Positions 36,873 to 47,230 of a stretch of 64,000 nucleotides of DNA are shown here, piece by piece. The DNA lies in the NCBI GenBank assembly GCA_021513695.1, contig CP084166.1:736001-800000 (forward strand), read 5' to 3'. Position numbers and translations under genes: made by a program. The stretch is from Candidatus Heimdallarchaeum aukensis (GTDB lineage Archaea > Asgardarchaeota > Heimdallarchaeia > Heimdallarchaeales > Heimdallarchaeaceae). The stretch's first letter is position 1; every line of letters starts with the position of its first letter. The notes under the pieces are model-generated. The model saw nothing but the letters and a program-made list of their open reading frames with translations, made no database searches and was not told where the DNA came from.

Positions 36873-37835
36873 TTATTGGTTTATATATCCGTGCTCAATT
36901 ACACACTTATCAGCGTCTAGATTTAAAACACTTATAGTATACTTTTTGATGTCATCATAACTTGTACTCGTCTTATCTATAAGATCAGCGAGAATATCAA
37001 GCAACCTCCTAGCTTCCTCGTGACTTTCATCAGTTTTTATTACCAATCCAAAGATATGAGATTGTGAAGAACGGAGAATGAATTTATAGTCTTTAGACAT
37101 GATAAACTGAATAATATTTTGTTCATTGAAAGTTTTTTTTGCAAAAGTTTGTATAGCTGAGAGAAAACCAGAATAGAGAGATATTTTATCTGAAAGTTTT
37201 TTCTTTGAGATACTTAAAATTGGCAATCCATCTCTATCTGCAAGTAAAAAAGACTCAGGAGTAACTTTTCTTTTTTGAATAAGTTTAGATAACTGATTTT
37301 GTAACCAATATAGGACAGAATCAAAATTTTCTCCAGTTTGCATGCTTATCTTAAAAAATTGAAAAGAGGCATTTGGAATCATAGCGAGATTATATATTTC
37401 CACGGTATTGATAATTTCTTCCAGGTTCATACTATTTTCTAAATCTGCTTTGTTACACAGAAATAGAATTAGAAACTCATCTCCGTTATCTTTTAACTTT
37501 ATTGACTTCCAAAATTCTTCTTTTGCTTCAAGTAATGATTCTCTATCTGAAGAATCAATGATAAAAATTATCCCATAAGCTAACTTAATGTAATTTTCCC
37601 AGATAGTCTTTCTAAAAACTTCTTGTCCCCCTAAATCAAAAATATTTACTTTTAGATCAAATAGTTCATATTGTTCTAACTGAACCCCCATAGTTGGTTT
37701 AGGACTAGTGAATTTTCCTGTGAGAATTCTGTTAACAAAAGTAGTTTTTCCAGCATTAGGTAAACCTAAAATTACTAAAGGAATTCCTTTTTTCTCAAAA
37801 GAAAGTAGTTTTTCAGATATTTTCTTCTTACTCAA
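36873..37835 (-). CDS. Arf/Rag(Gtr)-like small GTPase fused to a C-terminal roadblock/longin-like domain
   Basis: G1 GLPNAGKTT; switch I KPTMGVQLE; G3 FDLGGQEVF....W.NY (Arf/Rag-type DxGGQ); G4 NKAD; G5 ISMQTGENF. The ~140-aa C-terminal domain shows a beta-beta-alpha-beta-beta-beta-alpha pattern (FLLADRDGLPILSI...IFGLVIKTDE...LLDILADLI). Confidence 0.75.
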   Translation of the reverse strand: MSKKKISEKLLSFEKKGIPLVILGLPNAGKTTFVNRILTGKFTSPKPTMGVQLEQYELFDLKVNIFDLGGQEVFRKTIWENYIKLAYGIIFIIDSSDRESLLEAKEEFWKSIKLKDNGDEFLILFLCNKADLENSMNLEEIINTVEIYNLAMIPNASFQFFKISMQTGENFDSVLYWLQNQLSKLIQKRKVTPESFLLADRDGLPILSISKKKLSDKISLYSGFLSAIQTFAKKTFNEQNIIQFIMSKDYKFILRSSQSHIFGLVIKTDESHEEARRLLDILADLIDKTSTSYDDIKKYTISVLNLDADKCVIEHGYINQ

Positions 37836-38016
37836 TTTCGTTTAAACATGTTTAAAACAATTAATAAATATATTGATAATAATAAAGAAACAAGATAATT
37901 CTAATTAAAAGCGTACATTTATTCTATTAAATTTAGGAGTGCGCTCAAGGAACTTATGATTACAGCATATCTTTTTTATATTAAAAGAGTAATTTGAAGC
38001 TAGAAAGGTGAAATAA

Positions 38017-38961
38017 TTGACAAAAAGGATTTTAGTAACTGGTAGTTACGGACAAATTGGTCAAGTTCTTGTTCCTGCTCTAATGAATAGATATGGAAAA
38101 GAAAATATTATTGCAACAGGAAGAAAAAAGATTCCTTCAGTTTTTAAAGAAAAAGATGTTCATTATCATCGATTGGATGTTCGAGACTTAGCACAAATGC
38201 AGACTCTTCTCGTTGAACACGATATCGATATCTTAATTCATAATGCATCTGTTCTTTCTGCTACAGGAGAAAAAAATCCTCAACTTGCACATTCAATTAA
38301 TTTTGAAGGTTTTTATAATGCTTTAGAAGCCACAAGAATGCTAAATCTTGAACAACTTTTTGCTCCAAGTTCTATTGCAGCTTTTGGCCCATCTACTCCA
38401 AGAGAGAATACTCCTAATGATGTAATCACTCGACCTACTACAATATATGGAATAAGTAAAGTCTATATAGAGCTAATGGGAGAGTACTATCATCAGAAAT
38501 ATGGTTTGGACTTTAGATCTCTTCGTTATCCTGGAGTAATTTCTCCTGAAGAACCTGGCGGTGGAACAACAGATTGGGCAATATGGATTTTCTGGGAAGC
38601 TTTACGTAATAAAAAATACACTTGCTTCTTAAAAGAAGATACTTCTCTTCCAATGATGTATATGCCAGACTGTATTAAATCCACTATTGATTTAATTGAA
38701 GCAGATAATTCAAAGCTTGAACATCGTTCATTTAATGTAACCGCATTTAGTTTAGCTCCCAAAGATTTAGTAGAACCTATAAGAGAGGTTATTCCTGAAT
38801 TTAAAATAGCATATGAACCTGATTTTAGACAACAAATTGCTGAATCTTGGCCAGCTTCAATTGATGACAGTGTAGCTAGAAAAGAATGGGGTTGGAAACC
38901 TGATTACGATATTCCTGCTATGACAAAAGATATGCTAGAAAAAATATCCAAAATGATTTAA
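38017..38961 (+). CDS. NAD-dependent epimerase/dehydratase family; L-threonine 3-dehydrogenase-like
   Basis: Rossmann motif VTGSYGQIG and a YxxxK (YGISK) in SDR-extended context. Length 314 aa. Confidence 0.75.
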   Translation: MTKRILVTGSYGQIGQVLVPALMNRYGKENIIATGRKKIPSVFKEKDVHYHRLDVRDLAQMQTLLVEHDIDILIHNASVLSATGEKNPQLAHSINFEGFYNALEATRMLNLEQLFAPSSIAAFGPSTPRENTPNDVITRPTTIYGISKVYIELMGEYYHQKYGLDFRSLRYPGVISPEEPGGGTTDWAIWIFWEALRNKKYTCFLKEDTSLPMMYMPDCIKSTIDLIEADNSKLEHRSFNVTAFSLAPKDLVEPIREVIPEFKIAYEPDFRQQIAESWPASIDDSVARKEWGWKPDYDIPAMTKDMLEKISKMI

Positions 38962-39104
38962 TTTATTTTGCATTAGTATGTAAAATTCTTTAGCAAATTT
39001 TTTTTCCATTTTTTATAGTTTAGGACTTTTTAAGCACAATGATTATTTGAAAAATATCATCTTTAAGAAAAATTAAAAAGGAAAAAACAAATGAACGGAA
39101 TGGA

Positions 39105-40541
39105 ATGAAAATAATGAAAGAAGGATTAACTTTTGATGATGTTCTTCTTATTCCTAAACGTTCCTCTGTCCGCTCTAGACGAGAAATAGATACTTCTACA
39201 CAGTTATCTAAGAATATTAGATTGAACATCCCTATAGTAAGTGCAAATATGGACACAGTTACAGAAAGTGCGATGGCTATTGTTATGGCACAACAAGGAG
39301 GAATAGGAATCATACATCGATTTATGCCTATAGTTGAACAAGTAAACGAAGTTAACAAAGTTAAACGTGCTGAAATGATAAGAATTGACAATCCTTATTG
39401 CTTAAAGCCTGAAACCTCGTTACAAGAAGCTAAAGAGTTTATGAAAGAAAAAGGAATATCAGGATTGCTCATTACAGATAACAATAACATTTTACAAGGA
39501 ATTCTTACTTCACGAGACATTAAATTTACAGAAGATGAAAATGTTTTAGTAAAAGAACTAATGTCAACAGATCTTATTACAGCAAGACCAGATATTTCGA
39601 TTGAGGAAGCAAAAAATATTCTAAAGAAGAATAGAATTGAAAAACTTCCCCTTGTTGATGAAAAAGGAGTAGTAAGAGGACTAATAACAGCAACAGATAT
39701 TATCAAGGCTAAAATATTACCTAAAGCAAGTAAGGATTCTAAAGGAAGGTTAAGAGTAGGTGCAGCAATAGGAGTAGTAGGAGATTATTTAGAAAGAGCA
39801 GAAGCCCTTTATAATGCTGGAGCTGATGTTCTAGTTTTAGATATCGCACATGGTCATTCAGATTTGGCAATAAATGCAATAAAAGAAATTAGAAAGAATC
39901 TTGGAGATGTAGAATTAATTTCGGGAAATGTTGCTACAGCAGAAGGAGCAAAAGATCTAATTGAAGCGGGTAGTGATGGAATTAAAACTGGAGTGGGGCC
40001 AGGTTCAATATGTATAACAAGAGTAGTGGCAGGAGCTGGTGTTCCACAACTTACAGCTATAATTGAAACATCAAAAGTAGCTAAAGACTATGGGGTGCCT
40101 GTAATCGCAGACGGAGGCATTCGTACTTCAGGAGATATTACTAAGGCTATAGCTGCAGGAGCACAAACAGTTATGATTGGAAGCTTACTAGCAGGAACTG
40201 AAGAAAGTCCTGGAGCAGCTATTCTAAGACATGGGAGAAGATATAAAGTTGTCAGAGGAATGGCTTCTCTTGGAGCTACATTAGGTCGAGAAGCAAAAGA
40301 AAAGAAAGGAAGTTTTGACGAATTTGATTTAGGTTCTGTGGTTCCAGAAGGAGTAGAAGCAATGGTGCCATATCGTGGTTCAGCAGTAGACGTATTGAAT
40401 CAGCTAGTAGGTGGATTTAGAAGTGGTGTAAGTTACTGCGGAGCTTCTTCGATTCCAGAAATGCAAGAAAAAGCAGAATTTATAAAAATAACCTCTGCAG
40501 GAAGAAAAGAATCAACATCACATGATGTAGAATTAATTTAA
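39105..40541 (+). CDS. guaB: IMP dehydrogenase with CBS pair
   Basis: [13 protein letters not shown] start, a CBS pair at residues 100-210, the catalytic loop [20 protein letters not shown] and GGIRTSGDI. Confidence 0.9.
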   Translation: MKIMKEGLTFDDVLLIPKRSSVRSRREIDTSTQLSKNIRLNIPIVSANMDTVTESAMAIVMAQQGGIGIIHRFMPIVEQVNEVNKVKRAEMIRIDNPYCLKPETSLQEAKEFMKEKGISGLLITDNNNILQGILTSRDIKFTEDENVLVKELMSTDLITARPDISIEEAKNILKKNRIEKLPLVDEKGVVRGLITATDIIKAKILPKASKDSKGRLRVGAAIGVVGDYLERAEALYNAGADVLVLDIAHGHSDLAINAIKEIRKNLGDVELISGNVATAEGAKDLIEAGSDGIKTGVGPGSICITRVVAGAGVPQLTAIIETSKVAKDYGVPVIADGGIRTSGDITKAIAAGAQTVMIGSLLAGTEESPGAAILRHGRRYKVVRGMASLGATLGREAKEKKGSFDEFDLGSVVPEGVEAMVPYRGSAVDVLNQLVGGFRSGVSYCGASSIPEMQEKAEFIKITSAGRKESTSHDVELI

Positions 40542-40620
40542 ATTGAAACTTTTTAAACACAATTTTAATTTTTTTTTAAAAAAATATTTATAAACTTATA
40601 AACTTGGTTTATCCTAACAA

Positions 40621-42060
40621 ATGAATAGTGTTGATGGGGTTAGCCTGGTAATCGGGGACATATGTAAAAGAGACATTCGTTTTTTATTAGAAAAAAGAAA
40701 AAATTCTCTCCTACCTTATAGTCCATATTGCTTTTCAACAGTTTTTGGAGACATTACCGAAGAAGATAAACAATTATTTGAAAAAATAAAGAAAAAATAT
40801 GGGTTAATTACAACAGATATGTTTTATCGATTAGTGGGTTTAAGGATTTTAATTCAAAAGGAACTTATAATTATTCAACAAAGAAAGGAGGAAGAAACAA
40901 ATAATCCTCAAGAACAGATTCATAACATAGATCAATTTCAGTTGTGCCTATTCCTTCATTCAATGCATGAGTGCGGAGAATATTCTTTTTTTTCGGAAAA
41001 GATAAATAAACAGATAGTTATAAAGCAATATTTCTTTACTCCTCCCTATTCTGTAAAGATTAAAAAAAGAAATACAAAGTGGTTTAATTTTAATAAACTA
41101 TCCAAAAAAATAAACAACTTAAATATTCATTTAGACCCTCTTTCAAACCTTTTTTTTGAAATTTTTTATGATAGAAAATTTAATTTATTTGAAACAATTA
41201 AACGCTTAGAGTATAAAGAAGAAAAATCCAAAATCAATCCAAGTTTATGGCTTTTCAAACATAAATCACCTATTGTTCCTCCAGATAATTATATCAACAC
41301 ATTTGTTGTGGGAAATAAATACAAATATATTATTGATCCTGGAGCTGACAGTAAAAAAGAAATGATAAAATCAGGTTTTCTAGACTTTATAGAAAATCAT
41401 GTAACAGAAATTGATGGAATACTACTGTCACATGGTCATTTAGATCATTGTAATCAGATCGATTTCCTTAGGAAAAATTATGGTATCCCTGTTTTTAGTT
41501 CCAAAAATACAGCAAAAAAATTATTAGAAAAAACCAATTTTAAGATTAACGGTTTCTTAAATGATAACCAGCTCATAGACCTCGGGAACTCACCTTTTTC
41601 TAAAAAAAGATGGTATCTAAAAGTAATAAACCTTAATGGTCATACAAAGGGCTCTATTGGTTTCCTTGATATGAATCGTGGTTTCTTATTTAGCGGGGAT
41701 TTTATTTTGGAAGGAAGACAAACCATTGTAGATCCAAATTATGGTTCTTTGGTAGATTTAAGGAGAAATATTAAAAAATTGCTTAAACTAAATATCACTT
41801 TTATTCATCCAGGACATGGAGATATCTTTAAGTTTGACAGAAAATGGGTAAAAACAAATCTTACATTACTAGACAATCAAGAAGAAAAAATAAAAGAGAG
41901 TATAGAATCAGGATATTCTTCAATTGAAGAGATAACTAAACATGTTTTCTCTGATAGTACAGCCCACATAGGAAGATTTCTCACTTTAGCCCACATTCAA
42001 CATCTCGAAGAAAAAAATGTTGTTATAAAAAGAGGAGAGGACTATTTCTTGAATAAGTAA
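40621..42060 (+). CDS. metallo-beta-lactamase-fold hydrolase with ~230-aa N-terminal extension of unknown function
   Basis: MBL motifs DPGAD, LLSHGHLDH and HPGHGD. The N-terminal half has no recognisable motif. Confidence 0.7.
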   Translation: MNSVDGVSLVIGDICKRDIRFLLEKRKNSLLPYSPYCFSTVFGDITEEDKQLFEKIKKKYGLITTDMFYRLVGLRILIQKELIIIQQRKEEETNNPQEQIHNIDQFQLCLFLHSMHECGEYSFFSEKINKQIVIKQYFFTPPYSVKIKKRNTKWFNFNKLSKKINNLNIHLDPLSNLFFEIFYDRKFNLFETIKRLEYKEEKSKINPSLWLFKHKSPIVPPDNYINTFVVGNKYKYIIDPGADSKKEMIKSGFLDFIENHVTEIDGILLSHGHLDHCNQIDFLRKNYGIPVFSSKNTAKKLLEKTNFKINGFLNDNQLIDLGNSPFSKKRWYLKVINLNGHTKGSIGFLDMNRGFLFSGDFILEGRQTIVDPNYGSLVDLRRNIKKLLKLNITFIHPGHGDIFKFDRKWVKTNLTLLDNQEEKIKESIESGYSSIEEITKHVFSDSTAHIGRFLTLAHIQHLEEKNVVIKRGEDYFLNK

Positions 42061-42118
42061 AAGTCTTATTGTTCACATAAGGATTAAGTTTTTAAAATAT
42101 TTTTTTTAACGTAAAAAC

Positions 42119-43561
42119 ATGACAGTTAATGTTCTTGCAGATAAATGTGAAATATCTAAATGTAATAGTGAGTGTGTTGAAGTTTGCCCTCAAAATAAAA
42201 AAGGCATTTCAACCATTATAATAGAACAAAATAAAGCTCAGATATTTCACAAAAACTGTATTGAGTGTCTCTTATGTATCCAATATTGCCCTCTTAAAGC
42301 TATAGAAATTCAGCAATCTAAAGAAAAAAAAGCAAGAAGAAAAGATAAAAAAAAGAGAAAAGCAAAGTTAAATCAGTCTCCTTTTGAAATTGATGAAAAA
42401 ATATATCAGCCAATGAGTGAAAAAAAGACTATTTTTGCTAGAGTTATGTGGGATGAATCATTTAAAGGTTACCAGAGAGGAATTTTTGAAGGAGCAAAAA
42501 ACAAAATTCCTCTAAACTTGGATGGATATTCTGAAATTGAACATGCTGCTATTTCTGGTGCATGGTCTATTGATAGTGTTATTGGTATGTTCGAAAGAGA
42601 ACAGTTAACAAAAATGAACCAAGAATCAAGAGCAGCAGAGAACAGTAGAGAAAAAAAGGAAAAGAAAGATCTACTTAATCCTGAGCAAAGTGTAAAAAGC
42701 AAAAGATTAATGGAAAATAATCCTTCTGAACTAACTACATGGGTAAAAAAAATAGCTATGGTTTATGGAGCAGATCTTGTAGGAATTACACCTATAAACC
42801 TTAAGTGGATATACACTGAAGATAGAAAAGGTGACCCTCTGAACCTTCCTGAAGGATTAACACATGCAATAGTTTTTGCAGTAGAAATGGATATTGATGC
42901 AATTAATACTGCTCCAAAATATCCGAGTGGAATAGCAACAGGTTTAGGCTATTCTAAAATGGCTTTTATTCGTACTCTACTAACATTTTTTATCAGAAGG
43001 ATGGGATATAAAGCTATTCCAGCAGGAAATAATATCGCCCTTTCAGTTCCTCTAGCTGTAGAAGCTGGACTTGGTGGATATGGAAGACATGGATTACTTA
43101 TTACAAAAAAATATGGGCCTAGAGTGAGAATTGCAAAAGTTTTAACTGATATGCCCTTGGTTCCAGATAAACCTGATTATAAATTTATAAAAGCAGTCGA
43201 GCGTTTTTGTAAAACTTGTAAAACCTGTGCTAAAAAATGTCCAAGCAATTCTATTCCTTTTGATAAAGAACCTAGCTTCAAAATACAAAGTGAAGTGAGC
43301 AACAATCCAGGAATAAAGAAATGGTATGTAAATGTTGAAACTTGTTATATGTTTTGGACTGAAAACGGATGTGACTGTAGTAGATGCATTTCTGATTGTG
43401 AATATAATCATGTCTATACACTTCCTCACAAAATTGTTAATTGGATTGTTATGAATCTCCCCTTCCTTAACCCTATTTGGCCTTTTATTGGAAAAATCCT
43501 AGGATATGGAGGAAATAAATCAGCAAAAAAGTATTGGAAGAAAATAAAAGTTTATCCCTAG
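42119..43561 (+). CDS. iron-sulfur protein: N-terminal 2x[4Fe-4S] ferredoxin domain, Lys/Arg-rich linker, C-terminal reductive-dehalogenase/QueG-like domain with 2 further Fe-S motifs
   Basis: N-terminal CEISKCNSECVEVCP and CIECLLCIQYCP. C-terminal FCKTCKTCAKKCP and CDCSRCISDC. Confidence 0.45.
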   Translation: MTVNVLADKCEISKCNSECVEVCPQNKKGISTIIIEQNKAQIFHKNCIECLLCIQYCPLKAIEIQQSKEKKARRKDKKKRKAKLNQSPFEIDEKIYQPMSEKKTIFARVMWDESFKGYQRGIFEGAKNKIPLNLDGYSEIEHAAISGAWSIDSVIGMFEREQLTKMNQESRAAENSREKKEKKDLLNPEQSVKSKRLMENNPSELTTWVKKIAMVYGADLVGITPINLKWIYTEDRKGDPLNLPEGLTHAIVFAVEMDIDAINTAPKYPSGIATGLGYSKMAFIRTLLTFFIRRMGYKAIPAGNNIALSVPLAVEAGLGGYGRHGLLITKKYGPRVRIAKVLTDMPLVPDKPDYKFIKAVERFCKTCKTCAKKCPSNSIPFDKEPSFKIQSEVSNNPGIKKWYVNVETCYMFWTENGCDCSRCISDCEYNHVYTLPHKIVNWIVMNLPFLNPIWPFIGKILGYGGNKSAKKYWKKIKVYP

Positions 43562-43584
43562 TTTCTTGTTTTTCTTTCTTATTT

Positions 43585-44472
43585 TTATTTTTCAAGGAAA
43601 GATTCAAGACTTACTTGTCCTTCATATTTATCGGTCAAAGGGTTAATAGGAGAAAAACCCTTTTTTTCAAACTCTTTAACTAATTGTTTAGCTGTTGGAG
43701 GAGCAAAACCTGTTAAATGATTGTTTACATAAATAAAACATGTATCTTTGGTTTTATTCTTTGAAAAATAATAAGATACAAGTTCAACAATATCTTTGAG
43801 TAAGTTAGTTCTATCAAGAACTATTTTTCCTTCTTCTATGTTAACATCCCAAGACCCTATTAATCTTAAGTAAAAGTAGTTAACTTCGACTTGATCTATT
43901 ATTTTAAATTTAATATACGGAAGAAACGAACTTACAAGCCCAACTTTAAAACTGTTTAAAATTTCAAAGATATCGTTTGAAAACCAATTTTCATCTCTAA
44001 ATTCAATTGCTAATTGAAAATTTTTTAATGGAAATTCTTCAAGAAAAGCTTCAAGTTCTTTTTCAGTTCTTTTCTCTTTCTTAAAACTAGGTGAGAATTG
44101 GAGAACCAAAGGCCCTAAATTTTTCTTTAAAGGTTCCATAGCATCTAGAAATTTATCCAGATAATCTTGTGTTTGAGAAACATTTTCAGCTTGAGAAATT
44201 ACCTTTGGTATTTTTGCTGTAATTATAAAACCTTCTGGCAAACTTTTAGCCCATTTTTGTGTAGTTTCTTTACTTGGAATCGTATAATAAGTTGAATTAA
44301 CCTCTACTGTAGGAAATTTAGTAACATAGTACGAAAGTAGTTTATCTTGAGATATTGAAGGTGGGTAAAATCCTCCTTTTTTAGCCATCCAACTATTATA
44401 GTTAAAACCAGTACATCCTACATAAATTTTCTTTGTTTCCATTATTTTCACTAATAATTTACACTTTTCCAT
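43585..44472 (-). CDS. DUF72 family protein
   Basis: IYVGCTGFNY.SW....FYP...S.....YYV..FPTVEVNSTYY matches the DUF72 N-terminal signature. Confidence 0.8.
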   Translation of the reverse strand: MEKCKLLVKIMETKKIYVGCTGFNYNSWMAKKGGFYPPSISQDKLLSYYVTKFPTVEVNSTYYTIPSKETTQKWAKSLPEGFIITAKIPKVISQAENVSQTQDYLDKFLDAMEPLKKNLGPLVLQFSPSFKKEKRTEKELEAFLEEFPLKNFQLAIEFRDENWFSNDIFEILNSFKVGLVSSFLPYIKFKIIDQVEVNYFYLRLIGSWDVNIEEGKIVLDRTNLLKDIVELVSYYFSKNKTKDTCFIYVNNHLTGFAPPTAKQLVKEFEKKGFSPINPLTDKYEGQVSLESFLEK

Positions 44473-44645
44473 TAAAATACCTTTGTGAAGAATTTCAAAA
44501 TAAAAGGTTTTTAAAAATAATGAAGAACTTTTACTAGAGTTTTTCTAATTAATTTTTGTAACATATTGCGGACAAAACTACCAATATTGATTTAAAAAGA
44601 GAAACATATTATAAATTGCCCTAGTACCCCAAGTAAAAACTAGGA

Positions 44646-44676
44646 AATAGGGGGTTTATGGTTTTCTCCCCCTATT
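44646..44676. promoter_or_regulatory. GC-rich stem-loop (AATAGGGGG-N13-CCCCCTATT) in divergent intergenic region
   Basis: Perfect 9-bp inverted repeat with G5/C5 runs, in an otherwise ~25% GC spacer. A second hairpin (CCTAGT-N13-ACTAGG) lies immediately upstream at about 44620-44645. Confidence 0.3.
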
Positions 44677-44808
44677 CATCTTCTTCTTTAGTGGATTAAA
44701 TATTAATGACAATTTGTTTTTCATTAAATATAAGAATTCTCAGAGTATATACAAAAAAATTGATATAGAAAAGACCTTATCTTTGGTAGAATATTAGGAG
44801 GAATTGTT

Positions 44809-46122
44809 TTGACAGCACTAGATATTTTAAAAAAGCACATGCTAGTAGATGGTTATCCAATTGTTTTAGATTTACAAAAGAGTGAAGGGTGTTATATTTA
44901 TGACAAAATTACAGGAAAGAGATATCTCGACTTCTTCTCCTTCTTTGCTTCTGCACCTTTAGGAATGAATCATCCTAAACTTACTACTAAAGAATTTAAA
45001 GATAAATTGGCTTATGTAGCAGTTAATAAACCAAGTAATAGTGATTTTTATACTGATGAGCTTGCAGAATTTGTAGATACTTTAGAAAAAATAGGTATGC
45101 CAAGCTTTTTACCTAATCTCTTTTTAATTAGTGGAGGAGCTCTTGCTGTTGAGAATGCACTTAAAACAGCTTTTGATTGGAAAGTAAGAAAGAACTTTTC
45201 TAAGGGAATCAAAGAAGAGAAAGGACATCAAATTGTTCATTTTAAAGAAGCATTTCATGGAAGATCAGGATATACTCTCTCTTTAACTAACACTTTTGAT
45301 CCAAGAAAATATATTTATTTCCCAAAATTCGATTGGCCAAGAGTTTCAAATCCCAAAATAAAATTTCCATTAGAAAAACACATTGATGAAGTCAAGAAAG
45401 CAGAAGAGCAAAGCCTTAATGAAATAAGAGAGGCCATAGCTTCAAACAAAGATGATATCGCAGGAATAATAATCGAACCAATTCAAGCTGAAGGTGGAGA
45501 CAATCATTTTAGACCAGAATTTTTCCATGAATTACGAAAAATAGCTGATGAAGAAGATATAATCTTGATTTATGATGAAGTACAAACAGGAGTAGGTTTA
45601 ACTGGAAAGTTCTGGGCTTTTGAGCATTTCGGAGAAAAAGGAAAACCAGATATCATTAGTTTTGGTAAGAAAATGCAAGTTTGTGGAATAATGGCTTCTG
45701 ACAGAATAAAAGAAGTAGAAAAGAACGTTTTTGAGGAATCAAGCAGAATTAACAGCACTTGGGGTGGAAACTTAGTTGATATCGTCAGAGCAACTAAATA
45801 CTTAGAGGTTATAAAAGAAGATAAACTTGTTGAAAATGCTTCTAAACAAGGAGAATACATATTGAAATTACTACACGAGATTCAAGACAAGTATCCTGAC
45901 AAAATAAACAATGTTAGAGGAAAAGGTCTAATGATAGCTTTTGACCTACCAAATAGCGAAATTAGAGACAAACTTAAGAACATAGCATTTGATAAAGATT
46001 TGATAATTCTTCCATGTGGAGCTAAATCTATTCGCTTCAGACCACCTTTAATCATTGAACAGGAAATTATTGATAAAGCATTTTCTATTCTAGAAGAATC
46101 AATAAAAGAAGTACAAATATAA
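44809..46122 (+). CDS. class III (omega) aminotransferase, L-lysine 6-aminotransferase-like
   Basis: Class-III PLP fold with the PLP lysine in ISFGKKMQVCG. AGGAGG RBS 8 nt upstream of a TTG start. Confidence 0.65.
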   Translation: MTALDILKKHMLVDGYPIVLDLQKSEGCYIYDKITGKRYLDFFSFFASAPLGMNHPKLTTKEFKDKLAYVAVNKPSNSDFYTDELAEFVDTLEKIGMPSFLPNLFLISGGALAVENALKTAFDWKVRKNFSKGIKEEKGHQIVHFKEAFHGRSGYTLSLTNTFDPRKYIYFPKFDWPRVSNPKIKFPLEKHIDEVKKAEEQSLNEIREAIASNKDDIAGIIIEPIQAEGGDNHFRPEFFHELRKIADEEDIILIYDEVQTGVGLTGKFWAFEHFGEKGKPDIISFGKKMQVCGIMASDRIKEVEKNVFEESSRINSTWGGNLVDIVRATKYLEVIKEDKLVENASKQGEYILKLLHEIQDKYPDKINNVRGKGLMIAFDLPNSEIRDKLKNIAFDKDLIILPCGAKSIRFRPPLIIEQEIIDKAFSILEESIKEVQI

Positions 46123-46332
46123 TTAGTTCTTTAATTTCTTCCATTTTTTCTCTATTTTAGCTAAAAATAGCTCTAAATCCTTTTTAACCTATTTTTTTAG
46201 TAAGTTTTTATAATACATGTATTTGATTTTTCGTATATTTGTTAAATCAGTTAACTATGTAGCTAAGTATTTTGCGGTAGTGTTAAAAAGGGTGAGAGGA
46301 AAACAGCTTATCAAAAAAAAAGGTAGAAATAA

Positions 46333-47229
46333 ATGCCATTAGTAGAATGTGTTCCTAATTTTTCGGAAGGAAGAAGAAAGGAAGTTGTAGACAAAATTGT
46401 AGAAGAGATTCAAAAAGGTGGAAAAGTTACTTTGCTTGATTCAAGAATGGATCCTGACCATAATCGTGCAGTAGTAACTTTCATTGGAGAACCACAGGAA
46501 TGTTTTAAAGCAGCATTTGCAGGATGTAAAAAAGCTGCAGAGCTCATAGACATGGACCAACATACTGGAGAGCATAACCGATTTGGTGCCACAGACGTAA
46601 TTCCATTTATTCCTATAAGTGACATCACTATCGAGGAATGCGCAGAACTTGCAGATAAGCTTGCTAAGAAAATTGGTGAGGAATTAAATATTCCTACTTA
46701 TCTCTATGGTGCAGCAGCCAAAAGACCAGAGCGTGAAGTTCTTCAGAAGTATAGAACAAAATCATTCCAATATGAACAACTAAAAGAAGAGATAGCTACT
46801 AATCCTCTTTACGAACCAGATTATGGTCCTAAAGAAGTTCCAAAGGCAGGAGCTACAAATGTTGGTGCAAGAGAGTTTTTGATAGCTTACAACGTCTATC
46901 TTGATACTAATGACTACGAAATTGCAGCAAAGATTTCAAGAGCAATACGTTTCAGTGGAGGAGGATTAAGGTACATTCAAGCTGGTCCTATGGAAATAAA
47001 AGAGAGAAATTGTGTTCAGGTTAGTATGAATATTACAAACTACAAAGGAACGCCTATTCATAGAGTTTTAGAAATGATTAAGCGAGAAGCTGCACAATAT
47101 GGAGTAAATGTTACTGAGACTGAAGTTTATGGAATGATTCCATTAGATGCTTTGCTTGATGCAGCAATTCATTATCTTCAATTACACAACTTTGATAAGC
47201 AACAAATAATTGAAAAAAGAATAGAATAA
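46333..47229 (+). CDS. glutamate formimidoyltransferase (FtcD N-terminal formiminotransferase domain), stand-alone
   Basis: MPLVECVPNFSEGR... is the hallmark N-terminus of the formiminotransferase domain. Confidence 0.8.
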   Translation: MPLVECVPNFSEGRRKEVVDKIVEEIQKGGKVTLLDSRMDPDHNRAVVTFIGEPQECFKAAFAGCKKAAELIDMDQHTGEHNRFGATDVIPFIPISDITIEECAELADKLAKKIGEELNIPTYLYGAAAKRPEREVLQKYRTKSFQYEQLKEEIATNPLYEPDYGPKEVPKAGATNVGAREFLIAYNVYLDTNDYEIAAKISRAIRFSGGGLRYIQAGPMEIKERNCVQVSMNITNYKGTPIHRVLEMIKREAAQYGVNVTETEVYGMIPLDALLDAAIHYLQLHNFDKQQIIEKRIE

Positions 47230-47230
47230 G

